From Halarcobacter sp. (GTDB lineage: Bacteria > Campylobacterota > Campylobacteria > Campylobacterales > Arcobacteraceae), in NCBI GenBank assembly GCA_963676565.1, contig OY781089.1, positions 1,248,001 to 1,312,000 of the forward strand: 64,000 bases of DNA, given 5' to 3'. Position 1 is the stretch's first letter. Every line of letters begins with the position of its first letter. A model generated the notes under the pieces. The model saw only the letters and a program-made list of their open reading frames with translations, had not been told where the DNA came from and did no database searches. Below are positions 51,717-62,038 of the stretch, in pieces. A program made the translations under genes and the position numbers.

Positions 51717-53270
51717 ATGAATAATATTCTTATATCCTTATCTTATAAAATTCAATCCTCAAGAGGATATAAGAGTTTTAAAAATTTTACTTATTCAATT
51801 TTAGAAGACAACTCATTCAAGTATAAAAAATACTTTGATATTTTTATGATTTTTTTAGTACTTAGTACTATTGGAATTTTAATTTTTGAAGTAAATCATC
51901 CAAAACAAGCAATATTTGATAAATTTGAATTTTTTGCAATTGTTATATTTATCATAGAATGGTTAGGAAGATTGTGGGTTTCTTCTGATATGCATACTGT
52001 AATAATAGACGATTTTGAAAAAGCAAATCTAACTGATAAAAAATATTATGTTATAAAATCATTAAAAAAAATTGCTTATCAAAAATTTGATTTTATACTA
52101 TCTCCTATGTCTATTATTGATCTACTTGCTATTTTACCTTATTATAGACCATTAAGAGTTCTTAGAATATTTCTTCTTTTTAGACTATTTAAAATATTAA
52201 GATATACAAATTCAGTAAAACAATTTGGAGAGATATTCAAAGAAAGAAAGTTTGAGTTTTTAACACTGTCAATGCTTTATGTAATGGTTGTATTTTTTAG
52301 TTCAACTATTATGTATATTTATGAAGGCTCAGGTGTAAATGACAAAGTTACAAGCTTTCTCGATGCAATTTACTGGTCAATAATTACTCTATCAACTGTT
52401 GGTTATGGAGATATTACTCCCATGACTATAGAAGGAAAGGCAGTAACGTTAGTTTTAACTATTAGTGGATTTTTAGTAATTGCTTTTGGTACTTCTATTA
52501 TTACCACAGGACTTAGTGATAGGATGCAAGTAATCAAAGAAAATAGAGTTGAATCAGAAGTTTCTAAAATGAGTAACTTTATTGTTCTTTGTGGTTATGG
52601 AATTATGGGAAAAAACCTTGCAGAACAGCTTATAAAATTAAAAACAAAGTTTTTAATCCTTGATATTGATAATAAAAACGTAACAGAAGCTAGAAAAAAT
52701 GGCTATTTATGTTTAAATGCAGATGCAACGAACATGGAAACTCTTCAAAATGTTGGAATTGGTAATGGTGCTACAACTATTATTGCACTTACAAGTGATG
52801 ATGCAGTAAATTTATCTATCATTTTAAGTGCAAGAACACTAGATAAAAAAATAAATATTATTTCAAGAGTTAATAGACTTCAATCAAAATCAAAACTTAA
52901 AATTGCAGGAGCAAATCATGTAATTTCAGCAGATGATATTACTTCATATGTTGCAACTGAATATGTAGGTCAACCCGTTGCTTTTGAAGCTATTGATGAG
53001 ATTTTGTTAAATGATGATATTGGTGCAAATGTAGATGAAATAGAAGTTTTAGAAAATTCAAATTTCATTGATTATTCACTTGATAGAATTGATTTTAAAA
53101 AATATAATTTAACACTAATAGGAATAGTTGATAAAGAAAGAAATTTTATTTTTAATCCTGTAAATAAGGCTCATGTTATTAGAGAAAAAGATATATTTAT
53201 TATTATTGGATATCCAGAAGATATTGTTGAGCTTAAAATTGATTTGATTAACTTAAAGCCAAAGGTTTAA
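51717..53270 (+). CDS. Potassium channel protein with RCK (TrkA-N/C) domains
   Basis: S4-like LRVLRIFLLFRLFK, TVGYGD filter, CGYG.MG Rossmann. Confidence 0.92.
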   Translation: MNNILISLSYKIQSSRGYKSFKNFTYSILEDNSFKYKKYFDIFMIFLVLSTIGILIFEVNHPKQAIFDKFEFFAIVIFIIEWLGRLWVSSDMHTVIIDDFEKANLTDKKYYVIKSLKKIAYQKFDFILSPMSIIDLLAILPYYRPLRVLRIFLLFRLFKILRYTNSVKQFGEIFKERKFEFLTLSMLYVMVVFFSSTIMYIYEGSGVNDKVTSFLDAIYWSIITLSTVGYGDITPMTIEGKAVTLVLTISGFLVIAFGTSIITTGLSDRMQVIKENRVESEVSKMSNFIVLCGYGIMGKNLAEQLIKLKTKFLILDIDNKNVTEARKNGYLCLNADATNMETLQNVGIGNGATTIIALTSDDAVNLSIILSARTLDKKINIISRVNRLQSKSKLKIAGANHVISADDITSYVATEYVGQPVAFEAIDEILLNDDIGANVDEIEVLENSNFIDYSLDRIDFKKYNLTLIGIVDKERNFIFNPVNKAHVIREKDIFIIIGYPEDIVELKIDLINLKPKV

Positions 53271-53271
53271 T

Positions 53272-53982
53272 ATGAGTTCAAAAATTATAATTTATGGATA
53301 TGAATCTTTAGGCTATAAAATAGCAAAACTTTTAGAAAAAAAAGATTATGAAATTATAATTGTAGATCCTATACAATCAAATTATGAGAAGGCCTTAGAA
53401 AATGGTTTTAAAAGTTATAATTATGATTTGATGGATGATGAACAATTACTTGATTTAGGAATTAAAAAAGATATAGATGCAATATTTTGTTTAAGTAAAT
53501 CAGAAAACAATAATTTATTTGTTGTTTTATCTAGTAGAAACTTAAATAAAAAACTAAAAATAATCTCCCTATCAAGTACTAAGCAAAGTAGTAAAAAAAT
53601 GATTCTTGCTGGGGCTTCAAAAGTTTTAAATCCTTATGAAGTTGGAGCTTTAAGAATTTTTAGACTTTTACACAGACCTTTGATATTAGAAGTACTAGAT
53701 AATATTTTATTTAATAAAACAGATTTAAAGGTAATAGAATACCCTATAACAAAAGATTCAATTCTAAATGAAAAGTTTGTAGAAGAGGTTGATTTTTCAA
53801 GAAGGTATAATTTAGTCCTAGTAGGAATTATGGATAAAGAACTTAGTGAAAAATTTATATTTAACTCAAAAGGGATTAATCACAAAATCGATGAAGGCGA
53901 TACTCTCGTTTTAATTGGTTATCAAAAAGATTTAGATATATTTAAAGAATTAACTAGGGGCATAGAAGGGGATAATGTATGA
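53272..53982 (+). CDS. TrkA-family RCK regulatory protein
   Basis: IIIYGY..LG, AGA.KV.NP, TrkA-C GDTLVLIG. Confidence 0.85.
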   Translation: MSSKIIIYGYESLGYKIAKLLEKKDYEIIIVDPIQSNYEKALENGFKSYNYDLMDDEQLLDLGIKKDIDAIFCLSKSENNNLFVVLSSRNLNKKLKIISLSSTKQSSKKMILAGASKVLNPYEVGALRIFRLLHRPLILEVLDNILFNKTDLKVIEYPITKDSILNEKFVEEVDFSRRYNLVLVGIMDKELSEKFIFNSKGINHKIDEGDTLVLIGYQKDLDIFKELTRGIEGDNV

Positions 53983-56006
53983 CGCAATTTAATTTCTTTT
54001 TGAAATTATTGAAGGAATCTTTTAGAGATTTATTACCTATTATTATTGTAATCTTATTTTTTCAGCTTGCTATTATTCAAGCAGTTCCTGAAGGATGGGT
54101 TAGTACAGCGATTGGTTTAGGTATTGTTGGTGTTGGTTTAGCAATCTTTTTACAAGGTCTAGAAATAGGGGTATTTCCTGTTGGTGAAGGACTCGCTAGA
54201 GATTTTGCAAAACATGGAAACATGAAATGGGTATTGTTTTTTGGTTTTTTAATAGGTTTTGGTACAACCATTGCAGAACCTGCACTTGCAGTTATTGCTG
54301 ATAAAGCAGCATCAATTTCAAGTGGAAGAATTGATGCAACAGTTTTAAGACTAGTTGTTGCTGGTTCAGTTGGGTTTGCAATCTTTTTAGGGGTCTTTAG
54401 AATTTATAAAGGTCACCCAATTCACTATTATATTATTGCAGGATATATTGCTGTTGTAGGTGTAACATTTTTTGCACCGCAAGAGATTATTGGACTTGCA
54501 TATGACCTTGGCGGGGTTACAACTTCAACTGTAACTGTTCCGTTAGTTGCTGCACTTGGTATTGGTTTAGCTTCATCTATCAAAGGAAGAAATCCTGTCG
54601 TAGATGGCTTTGGACTTATTGCTTTTGCTTCATTAACTCCGATGATATTTGTGCAGATTTATGGAATAGCAGTTTATAATTTGGTTGAAGCAAAAGATGT
54701 TGCAGCTATCGCAATTGAAACAAGTGTTTCTGTTCCAACTGATATTACAATTAGTTCTATAATTACTGGAATTATAAATGTTGTAAAAGATGTTGCACCA
54801 ATTTTATTAATTATTCTATTTTTTCAATATGCAGTTATAAAGAAAAATATTGAAAAAATTAAAACTGTATTTTTTGGGTTTTTCTTAGTAGTTATTGGTC
54901 TTTATGCATTTATTCTTGGACTTGAAATGGGTCTATTTTCTCTTGGTGAGACTATGGCTTATCAACTTACAAAAAGAGACTCTGTATTTGTAATTTATGC
55001 TTTTGCTTTTGCAATTGGTTTTTCAACAACAATGGCTGAACCAGCATTAATGGCAATTGCTAAAAAAGCTAGAGAGATATCTGATGGTAAGATAAACGAT
55101 TTTGCCTTAAGAATCTTTGTTGCAGGTGGTGTTGCTATTGGTATTGCTTTAGGTGCTTTTAGAATTGTTGATGGTGGACATATCCATTACTATATCATTT
55201 TTGGATATATTTTAGTAATTGTTCTTACTTTTATTGCTCCAAAATATATAATTCCTATCGCATATGATAGTGGAGGGGTTACCACTTCAACAGTAACAGT
55301 TCCATTAGTTGCTGCACTTGGTATTGGACTTGCAACAAATATTGAAGGAAGAAGTCCTCTTATTGATGGTTTTGGACTTATTGCTTTTGCTTCATTATTT
55401 CCAATGATTACGGTTATGCTTTACGGTGTTATCACTGAGAAACTGGGAGTTAAATCTGATACTGAAATTGAAGCTCAAAATATCTTAAGAGATGCTCTTA
55501 TTGATGCAGAGAATATGGACTTAGCAACTGTAAATATTGATGGTAGTGATAGACGACATTCTTTACCAATGGACTTTTCAGCAGTTGTTATATTAGTTCC
55601 AAAAGAGAAAAAAATAGATGCAATTCAAGCTGCCAATAAAGCAGGAGCTCCAGGGGTTACTGTATTAAGAGCAGATGGAATAGGGCTTGGTAAAATAGAT
55701 AACTTTTATAGGTCTGGTTTTGAAGCAAATGATGTAATGTTATTATTCCTTTTACCTCAAAGTATGGTTAATCCTGTTATTAAATCGATTATTCATTCTT
55801 TACATATTACAACTACAGGAAAAGGTATTGCTTTTGCCTTCCCATTAACACATATGAAAGGGATTAGTTTAAGTAGACATGATATCTTTGTAAATAGAAA
55901 AGACCATAAGAATCTTGATAGTGAAGAGTTAATTAGACAAGAAGAGGAAAAATTAACAGAAAAGTTTAAAGAGACAGCAGTAGTTCATGAAGATATTAAC
56001 AAGTAA
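53979..56006 (+). CDS. Tandem DUF1538 membrane domains fused to C-terminal PII-like domain
   Basis: Two copies of T.AEPAL and YD.GGVTTSTVTVPLVAALGIGLA; C-terminal AGAPGVTVL.A.G.G...GKGIAF. Confidence 0.82.
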   Translation: MTQFNFFLKLLKESFRDLLPIIIVILFFQLAIIQAVPEGWVSTAIGLGIVGVGLAIFLQGLEIGVFPVGEGLARDFAKHGNMKWVLFFGFLIGFGTTIAEPALAVIADKAASISSGRIDATVLRLVVAGSVGFAIFLGVFRIYKGHPIHYYIIAGYIAVVGVTFFAPQEIIGLAYDLGGVTTSTVTVPLVAALGIGLASSIKGRNPVVDGFGLIAFASLTPMIFVQIYGIAVYNLVEAKDVAAIAIETSVSVPTDITISSIITGIINVVKDVAPILLIILFFQYAVIKKNIEKIKTVFFGFFLVVIGLYAFILGLEMGLFSLGETMAYQLTKRDSVFVIYAFAFAIGFSTTMAEPALMAIAKKAREISDGKINDFALRIFVAGGVAIGIALGAFRIVDGGHIHYYIIFGYILVIVLTFIAPKYIIPIAYDSGGVTTSTVTVPLVAALGIGLATNIEGRSPLIDGFGLIAFASLFPMITVMLYGVITEKLGVKSDTEIEAQNILRDALIDAENMDLATVNIDGSDRRHSLPMDFSAVVILVPKEKKIDAIQAANKAGAPGVTVLRADGIGLGKIDNFYRSGFEANDVMLLFLLPQSMVNPVIKSIIHSLHITTTGKGIAFAFPLTHMKGISLSRHDIFVNRKDHKNLDSEELIRQEEEKLTEKFKETAVVHEDINK

Positions 56007-56316
56007 GGAAGAACTAGATAGGTATATAAGTGAAGAGGATGCTTTACTTGTATACTTTTCTGGCGTTGATTGTTCCGTTTGTAAGGTTTTAAAACCAAAA
56101 ATAGAATCTGAAATTTTAGAAAATTTTCCAAAGATTAAAACTTTTGAAGTTGAAGCTTCTAAGTATAAAGAGATAGCAAGCAATTTTTCGGTATTTTCTA
56201 TTCCAACAATCTTGGTTTTTTTTGATTCAAAAGAGTTTAAAAGGTATGGAAGAAATATCTCTATAATGCAATTTAAACAGGAATTAAAAAGACCATATAG
56301 CTTATTTATGGAATAG
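55987..56316 (+). CDS. Thioredoxin family protein
   Basis: CSVC motif, VFSIPT cis-Pro loop. Confidence 0.85.
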   Translation: MKILTSKEELDRYISEEDALLVYFSGVDCSVCKVLKPKIESEILENFPKIKTFEVEASKYKEIASNFSVFSIPTILVFFDSKEFKRYGRNISIMQFKQELKRPYSLFME

Positions 56317-56320
56317 GAAA

Positions 56321-56740
56321 ATGAAAAGAGCAATTTTAATAATTTTTTCAATATTAGTGTTTATGCAGTTTTTTCAAATAGATAAAGAAAATAAAGAGAT
56401 TGATAAAACTTTAGAGATAAAAGCTCCTGATAATATTATGGCAATGTTAAAAAATGCATGTTATGATTGTCATTCAAATCAAACAAAATGGCCATGGTAT
56501 TCAAATATAGCACCATTTTCATGGGCAATAAACACCCATGTAAAAGAGGGAAGAAAAGCCTTGAATCTTTCAACTTGGGAAGAGTACTCTCCTGAGGAAA
56601 AGAAAAAAAAGATGAAAGAAATATTTAGAACTGCATATGCTTCTATGCCTTTATCTTCATATATTAAGTTTCATGAAGAAGCAGATTTAACAAGAGAACA
56701 AAGAACACAAATCAGAGATTGGACTGGAGTAAAAAAATAA
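56321..56740 (+). CDS. Haem-binding c-type cytochrome domain protein
   Basis: ACYDCHS, WPWYS, MP...Y...H. Confidence 0.85.
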   Translation: MKRAILIIFSILVFMQFFQIDKENKEIDKTLEIKAPDNIMAMLKNACYDCHSNQTKWPWYSNIAPFSWAINTHVKEGRKALNLSTWEEYSPEEKKKKMKEIFRTAYASMPLSSYIKFHEEADLTREQRTQIRDWTGVKK

Positions 56741-56741
56741 A

Positions 56742-59702
56742 TTGAGAGAAGAAGTTCAAGAACTATTAAATGATAAAAAAACCTTACTTACAATCACTTA
56801 TTTTAAACTTCAAAAACTTTTAGAAAAAAAGTATGGGAACAATGCAGTTGTTCTTATGGAGATAGGAACATTTTTTGAAGTTTATGAAGTAAATAATGAT
56901 GAGGAACAAGTAGGAAAAGCAAAAGAGATTGCAGAACTTCTAAACATCCAGTTAACAAGAAAAAATAAATCTATTTTAGAAAACTCACAAGAAAATCCTA
57001 TTATGGCTGGAGTTCCAGCAATTTCATTTGAGAAACATTTAGCAAGAATAATTGCCGAACAAAAATATACAGTTGCAATTGTTAGACAAAAGGGACTTCC
57101 TCCAAATGTTAGTAGATATTTAGATACAGTTGTAAGTCCTGGTACAAACTTTGATTTTGTAGTTGACCAAGATGAAAACAATATCACTTCTTTAGTAATT
57201 GACCAAATAAGAGGTATCTATTTAGTTGGTTATAGTGCCATTGATGTAACAACAGGAAAGTGTTATTATAATGAAATACATGGTACTAGTGAAGATAAAT
57301 TTTATGCACTTGATGAAGTATTTAATTATATGAATATGCATAAAACCAATGAAGTAGTAATAAGCTTTGCAGATAAAAATATAAATCAAAAAGAGGTTAT
57401 TGATTACCTTGAATTAAAACTAAAAACTTTTCATATAGGAACTTTTAGACCAAAGATAAACTATCAAAATGAACTTTTTAAAAATGTATTTAGAATAGAG
57501 TCTTTATTAACAGCAATTGAACATCTTGATATGGAAAGGGTTCCCTTAAGTACAGAATCATTAGCTATTTTAATTGATTTTGTTATTGGACACGATTCAA
57601 ATATTATTCAAAAACTTTCATACCCTCAAAAACTTGATGTAAGTAGATATATCTATTTAGGAAATAATGCCTTAGAGCAATTAAATATAATAGAAACAAC
57701 CCACAATCCAAGTTTAATTAAACTGATTAATAACACTTCAACAGCTATGGGGAAAAGGCTATTAAAAGAGAGATTAACCCATCCTGTTAAAGACTCTAAA
57801 GAGATACTTAGACGATATGCCCTTTCAAAAGAGCTTTTTGATTTCCATACTCCAATTGAAAACGAGTTAGCAAATATTTATGATATTGAAAGATTAACAA
57901 GAAGAATAAAGTTAAATAGGCTACACCCTTTTGAGTTAAACTATTTATATGATTCTCTATTAAGTATTAAAGAAGTAGTTTCTTTTATGGAAAACTATAA
58001 GTTTTTAACTCCACCTTGTAGTAGTTCTGAATTACAACTTTTTATTCAATCTATTGATTCAACATTTGATTTAGCAATTAGTGGAAAATATATGCTAAAA
58101 GATGTTGAAGGAAATATGGTTTGTGAAGGGATTAATACCCAAATTGATGAACTAAATAAAGAAAATGAAGAGCTTTATACAAAACTTGAACTTCTTCAAA
58201 ATCATATATTAGGATTTTTAAAAACAAAAGATCCAAACTATGTTGGAATAAATAGATTAGATAAAGAGGGTTTCTTTCTAACTCTAACAAAGAATAGATT
58301 TAATCTAGTAAAAGAGGAGTTATTAAACTCACATATTATTATTGATGATGAATTACATTTATTTAAAGATTTTAATATAAAAATTCAAACAAACAATGTA
58401 AAGATTTTTTCTAAAATTAGTGAAGATGTTTCTGACAAATATGTTCATAATTTACGAAAAATAGTTGAACTAAACAAATTAGTATTTAAAGAAAAGATTT
58501 CAGAATTTGAGAAAAAGTTTGCAACACTTTTAGAAGAGTTAGTTCAATTTATTGCAGAAATTGATTTAACAGTTTCAAATATAAAAACAGCCAAAAAGTT
58601 CAACTACACTTGCCCAAAAATTGTAAAAACAAAAGATGAAGAGAACTTTTTAGAGCTTATAGACTTAAGACACCCAATTATTGAAGCAAATGAAGAACAA
58701 GGTATTTATGTACCAAATGATATTATCTTAGGTGAACTTAGCCTTGCTTCTAAAGAGTATAAAGATAATGTAATAGTAAAAAACTCAAATCCAATTAATA
58801 TGTTTAATAATAAGATGCATGGAGTTTTACTTTATGGTATTAACTCTTCAGGTAAATCATCTCTTATGAAAGCAATTGGTATCTCTGTAATTCTTGCACA
58901 AGCAGGTTTTTATGTGCCAGCAAAATCTATGAGATTTTCAATTTTTGATGCAGTTTATACTAGAATTAGTGGAGCAGATAATATTGCAAAAGGTTTATCT
59001 TCTTTTGCTGTTGAGATGTTAGAACTTAAAAATATTTTTAATAGAGCAACTAAAAACTCACTTGTATTAGGTGATGAAATCTCTCATAGTACTGAAACTA
59101 TGAGTGGTCTTTCTATTGTAGCTAGTGCTATATTGAAATTGGCAAAATTAGAATCAATTTTTGTATTTGCAACACACCTACATCAATTACCAGAAATTGA
59201 AGAGATTCAAAAGCTTAAGAATATAATAGCTCTTCATTTATCGGTTATGTATAAAGATGAAGAGGATAAATTAATCTTTGATAGAAAGTTATCATATGGG
59301 AGTGGTTCATCTATGTATGGTTTAGAATATGCGAAATCACTTCATATGGATAGAGAGTTTTTATCTGTTGCCAATGATATTAGAAAAAGACTCACTGATG
59401 ATTATAATCCACTTGAAAGATTGTCTCAGAGAAAGACCTCTAAATATAACAAAGATGTTTTTGCTGCATCATGTGTGATTTGTGGTAAAGCTTGTGATGA
59501 TGTACACCACATAAAAGAACAAGCAAGAGCAAACAAAGATGGCTTTATAGGTCATGTAAATGCAAACCATAAATACAATCTAATCCCACTTTGTAAAAAA
59601 CATCATAAGATGGTTCATGATGGAACAATAAATGTAAATGGTTTTGTTGCAACTTCGACTGGTCTTGAACTTCACTATACTATGGTAGATGAAGATAAAT
59701 AA
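56742..59702 (+). CDS. MutS-family protein with C-terminal HNH nuclease (MutS7-like)
   Basis: G.FFEVY mismatch domain, GINSSGKS Walker A, SSF.VEM, DE, ATHLH; C-terminal CVIC...HHI...NLIPLCKKHH. Confidence 0.88.
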   Translation: MREEVQELLNDKKTLLTITYFKLQKLLEKKYGNNAVVLMEIGTFFEVYEVNNDEEQVGKAKEIAELLNIQLTRKNKSILENSQENPIMAGVPAISFEKHLARIIAEQKYTVAIVRQKGLPPNVSRYLDTVVSPGTNFDFVVDQDENNITSLVIDQIRGIYLVGYSAIDVTTGKCYYNEIHGTSEDKFYALDEVFNYMNMHKTNEVVISFADKNINQKEVIDYLELKLKTFHIGTFRPKINYQNELFKNVFRIESLLTAIEHLDMERVPLSTESLAILIDFVIGHDSNIIQKLSYPQKLDVSRYIYLGNNALEQLNIIETTHNPSLIKLINNTSTAMGKRLLKERLTHPVKDSKEILRRYALSKELFDFHTPIENELANIYDIERLTRRIKLNRLHPFELNYLYDSLLSIKEVVSFMENYKFLTPPCSSSELQLFIQSIDSTFDLAISGKYMLKDVEGNMVCEGINTQIDELNKENEELYTKLELLQNHILGFLKTKDPNYVGINRLDKEGFFLTLTKNRFNLVKEELLNSHIIIDDELHLFKDFNIKIQTNNVKIFSKISEDVSDKYVHNLRKIVELNKLVFKEKISEFEKKFATLLEELVQFIAEIDLTVSNIKTAKKFNYTCPKIVKTKDEENFLELIDLRHPIIEANEEQGIYVPNDIILGELSLASKEYKDNVIVKNSNPINMFNNKMHGVLLYGINSSGKSSLMKAIGISVILAQAGFYVPAKSMRFSIFDAVYTRISGADNIAKGLSSFAVEMLELKNIFNRATKNSLVLGDEISHSTETMSGLSIVASAILKLAKLESIFVFATHLHQLPEIEEIQKLKNIIALHLSVMYKDEEDKLIFDRKLSYGSGSSMYGLEYAKSLHMDREFLSVANDIRKRLTDDYNPLERLSQRKTSKYNKDVFAASCVICGKACDDVHHIKEQARANKDGFIGHVNANHKYNLIPLCKKHHKMVHDGTINVNGFVATSTGLELHYTMVDEDK

Positions 59703-59866
59703 TCAAATTACTAAATTTGTACATGAATGAGGCTCTTAGTAGCTATAATTTTTAGCTCAATTTATTTATAATAAAGTTATTACATTCTAATCAAAATACA
59801 GCTATTATAATAATTGAAACTTGTACTATGTTAGTAATAAAAATATAAACCGATTGTGAGTAATTT

Positions 59867-62020
59867 ATGAGAACTTGTAAATATTTTCAAGCTAAAGGGA
59901 TTGACTATAAAGGTCAATTACAAAAAATTCCTAAAGCTAGTGTAAAACTTCAACCTTTGTATGAGGCTTTAACAAATTCAATTGAAGCAATAAAACTTTT
60001 AAAAGAAAAAAATGATGAAGCAAAAATCATTTTAAGTTTTTTCTTTATTAATAATTTATTTGGAGATGATGATTCTCTTGAATTATCAAAAATAGAACTT
60101 TTAGATTATGGAGTTGGATTTAATGATAAAGAGTTTGAAAGATTTACACAACTACATGATAATACAAAAGGATTTCATAATCAAGGTTCAGGACGTATTC
60201 AATATATGCACTTTTTTGATGAAACAAAATTTGAAAGTGTATATCAAGATGATAGTTCAGAAACAGGCTTTTTAAAAAGAATCTTTTGGTTATCAAAAAA
60301 TGATACTTTTTTAATCAATAAAGCTATAGTTTGTTTTGATGATCCAATTGCTGAACAATCTAAAGAATCCTTTACAAAGATTACATTTAAAAAATTTTTA
60401 GAGGAAGAGGATGCAAAATACTATAGTTCATTTTCTGCTGAAGAGTTAAAAGAAAAACTAATAGAACACTATTTATACTATTTTTGTGAGAATAGAAAGA
60501 ATTTACCAAAAATAGAGATTAAAACCTTTGTAGATGAAAAAATAAAAGAGTCTGCTGAAATAACACTAGATGATATTCCTTCCGAAGATAAAAGTGATAA
60601 TATTGAAATAAACTATAAAAAGCTTACAAGTGACAAAAAATTAATTACTCTAGAAGATGAAACTGAGACTTTTCATATTAAAGCATTTAAACTAAATAAA
60701 GAAGTCCTGCCAAGTAATGATTTGAAACTAACAAGCAAAAAAGAAATTGTTAGAGGTAAACTTGCCAAAAAATTTGAATTAAATGTTTTAAAACCTACTG
60801 ACACAATTGATGACAACAGATATTTGTTTTTAGTTTCAAGTTCTTATATAGATAAAAGAGACTCTGACAACAGAGGTGACCTTAAACTTTATACAGATGA
60901 AGAATTTAAAGAGAACACTTCATTATTTATTGAAGATAAAATCATTTCCTTAAATGATATTCAATCAAATATTAACAATCATGTTTTAACACTTTATTCA
61001 GAAATACTAGAAAAAAAGAATGAACATAATACAGATATAGCTAAGTTACAAGAGATGTTTTTAATTGATGAGGATAATATTAAAAGTGTAAATATCAATG
61101 TTCAAGATACTGATGAGGAAATATTAAAAAAAGTATATAAACATAATGCAAAAAGAGCTGCTGAAAATGATGCCAAGCTAAAAGAGGAAATTGAAAAAAT
61201 TAATAGTGAATTAGATGAAATGAATCCATCAGATAATACTTATAGGGATGATTTAAGTAAGAAAGTCACTTTATTAGTTAAGAAGATACCTTTACAAAAT
61301 AAAAATGAACTTGCACATACTGTAGCTAAAAGAAAACTTGTACTAGATTTATTTGATAAGATTCTTGATAAGGAACTTAGTATTCAACAAGGTGATACAA
61401 GGAATATAGATGAAGAGCTTTTACACAACCTAATATTTAAGCAGTCATCAACTAATCCTGAAGAAAGTGACCTTTGGTTGGTTAATGAAGATTTTATATA
61501 CTTTAAGGGTACCTCTGAAAAGAAATTGAGTGATATTACAATTGATGGTGAAACAATTTTAAAGGATTATGATAGTTTAACTAAAGAGCAAAAAGACTTT
61601 AGAAATTCTTTAGAAGAAAATAGATATTCAAAAAAACCTGATATATTACTTTTCCCTGATGAAGGTAAATGTATTATTTTAGAGTTTAAAAATCCAAAAG
61701 TTAATATTTCTTCCCATTTACAGCAAATTCAAAACTATGCAACTTTGATATGGAATTTTTCAAAAGATAAATTTCAATTCAATACTTTCTATGGCTATTA
61801 CATTGGCGAGAAGATAAATAATTTAGATGTGAGAAGTAAATATCCAAGCTTTGTAGAGTCTTATCATTTTGATTATTTATTTAGACCAAGTGAAGTTGTT
61901 GCAGGGTTCTTTGGTAAAAGAGATGCAAATATCTATACTGAAGTTATAAAATACTCTACACTTTTAAAAAGAGCAAAACGAAGAAATGAACTTTTCATTG
62001 AAAAGTTAGGGATTAAATAA
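59867..62020 (+). CDS. GHKL-type ATPase fused to C-terminal PD-(D/E)xK nuclease-like domain
   Basis: N-box YEALTNSIEA, G1 DYGVGF, G2 QGSGR; C-terminal KPDILLF...IILEFK...QIQNYA. Confidence 0.75.
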   Translation: MRTCKYFQAKGIDYKGQLQKIPKASVKLQPLYEALTNSIEAIKLLKEKNDEAKIILSFFFINNLFGDDDSLELSKIELLDYGVGFNDKEFERFTQLHDNTKGFHNQGSGRIQYMHFFDETKFESVYQDDSSETGFLKRIFWLSKNDTFLINKAIVCFDDPIAEQSKESFTKITFKKFLEEEDAKYYSSFSAEELKEKLIEHYLYYFCENRKNLPKIEIKTFVDEKIKESAEITLDDIPSEDKSDNIEINYKKLTSDKKLITLEDETETFHIKAFKLNKEVLPSNDLKLTSKKEIVRGKLAKKFELNVLKPTDTIDDNRYLFLVSSSYIDKRDSDNRGDLKLYTDEEFKENTSLFIEDKIISLNDIQSNINNHVLTLYSEILEKKNEHNTDIAKLQEMFLIDEDNIKSVNINVQDTDEEILKKVYKHNAKRAAENDAKLKEEIEKINSELDEMNPSDNTYRDDLSKKVTLLVKKIPLQNKNELAHTVAKRKLVLDLFDKILDKELSIQQGDTRNIDEELLHNLIFKQSSTNPEESDLWLVNEDFIYFKGTSEKKLSDITIDGETILKDYDSLTKEQKDFRNSLEENRYSKKPDILLFPDEGKCIILEFKNPKVNISSHLQQIQNYATLIWNFSKDKFQFNTFYGYYIGEKINNLDVRSKYPSFVESYHFDYLFRPSEVVAGFFGKRDANIYTEVIKYSTLLKRAKRRNELFIEKLGIK

Positions 62021-62038
62021 AAAAGGAATGGAGATATA

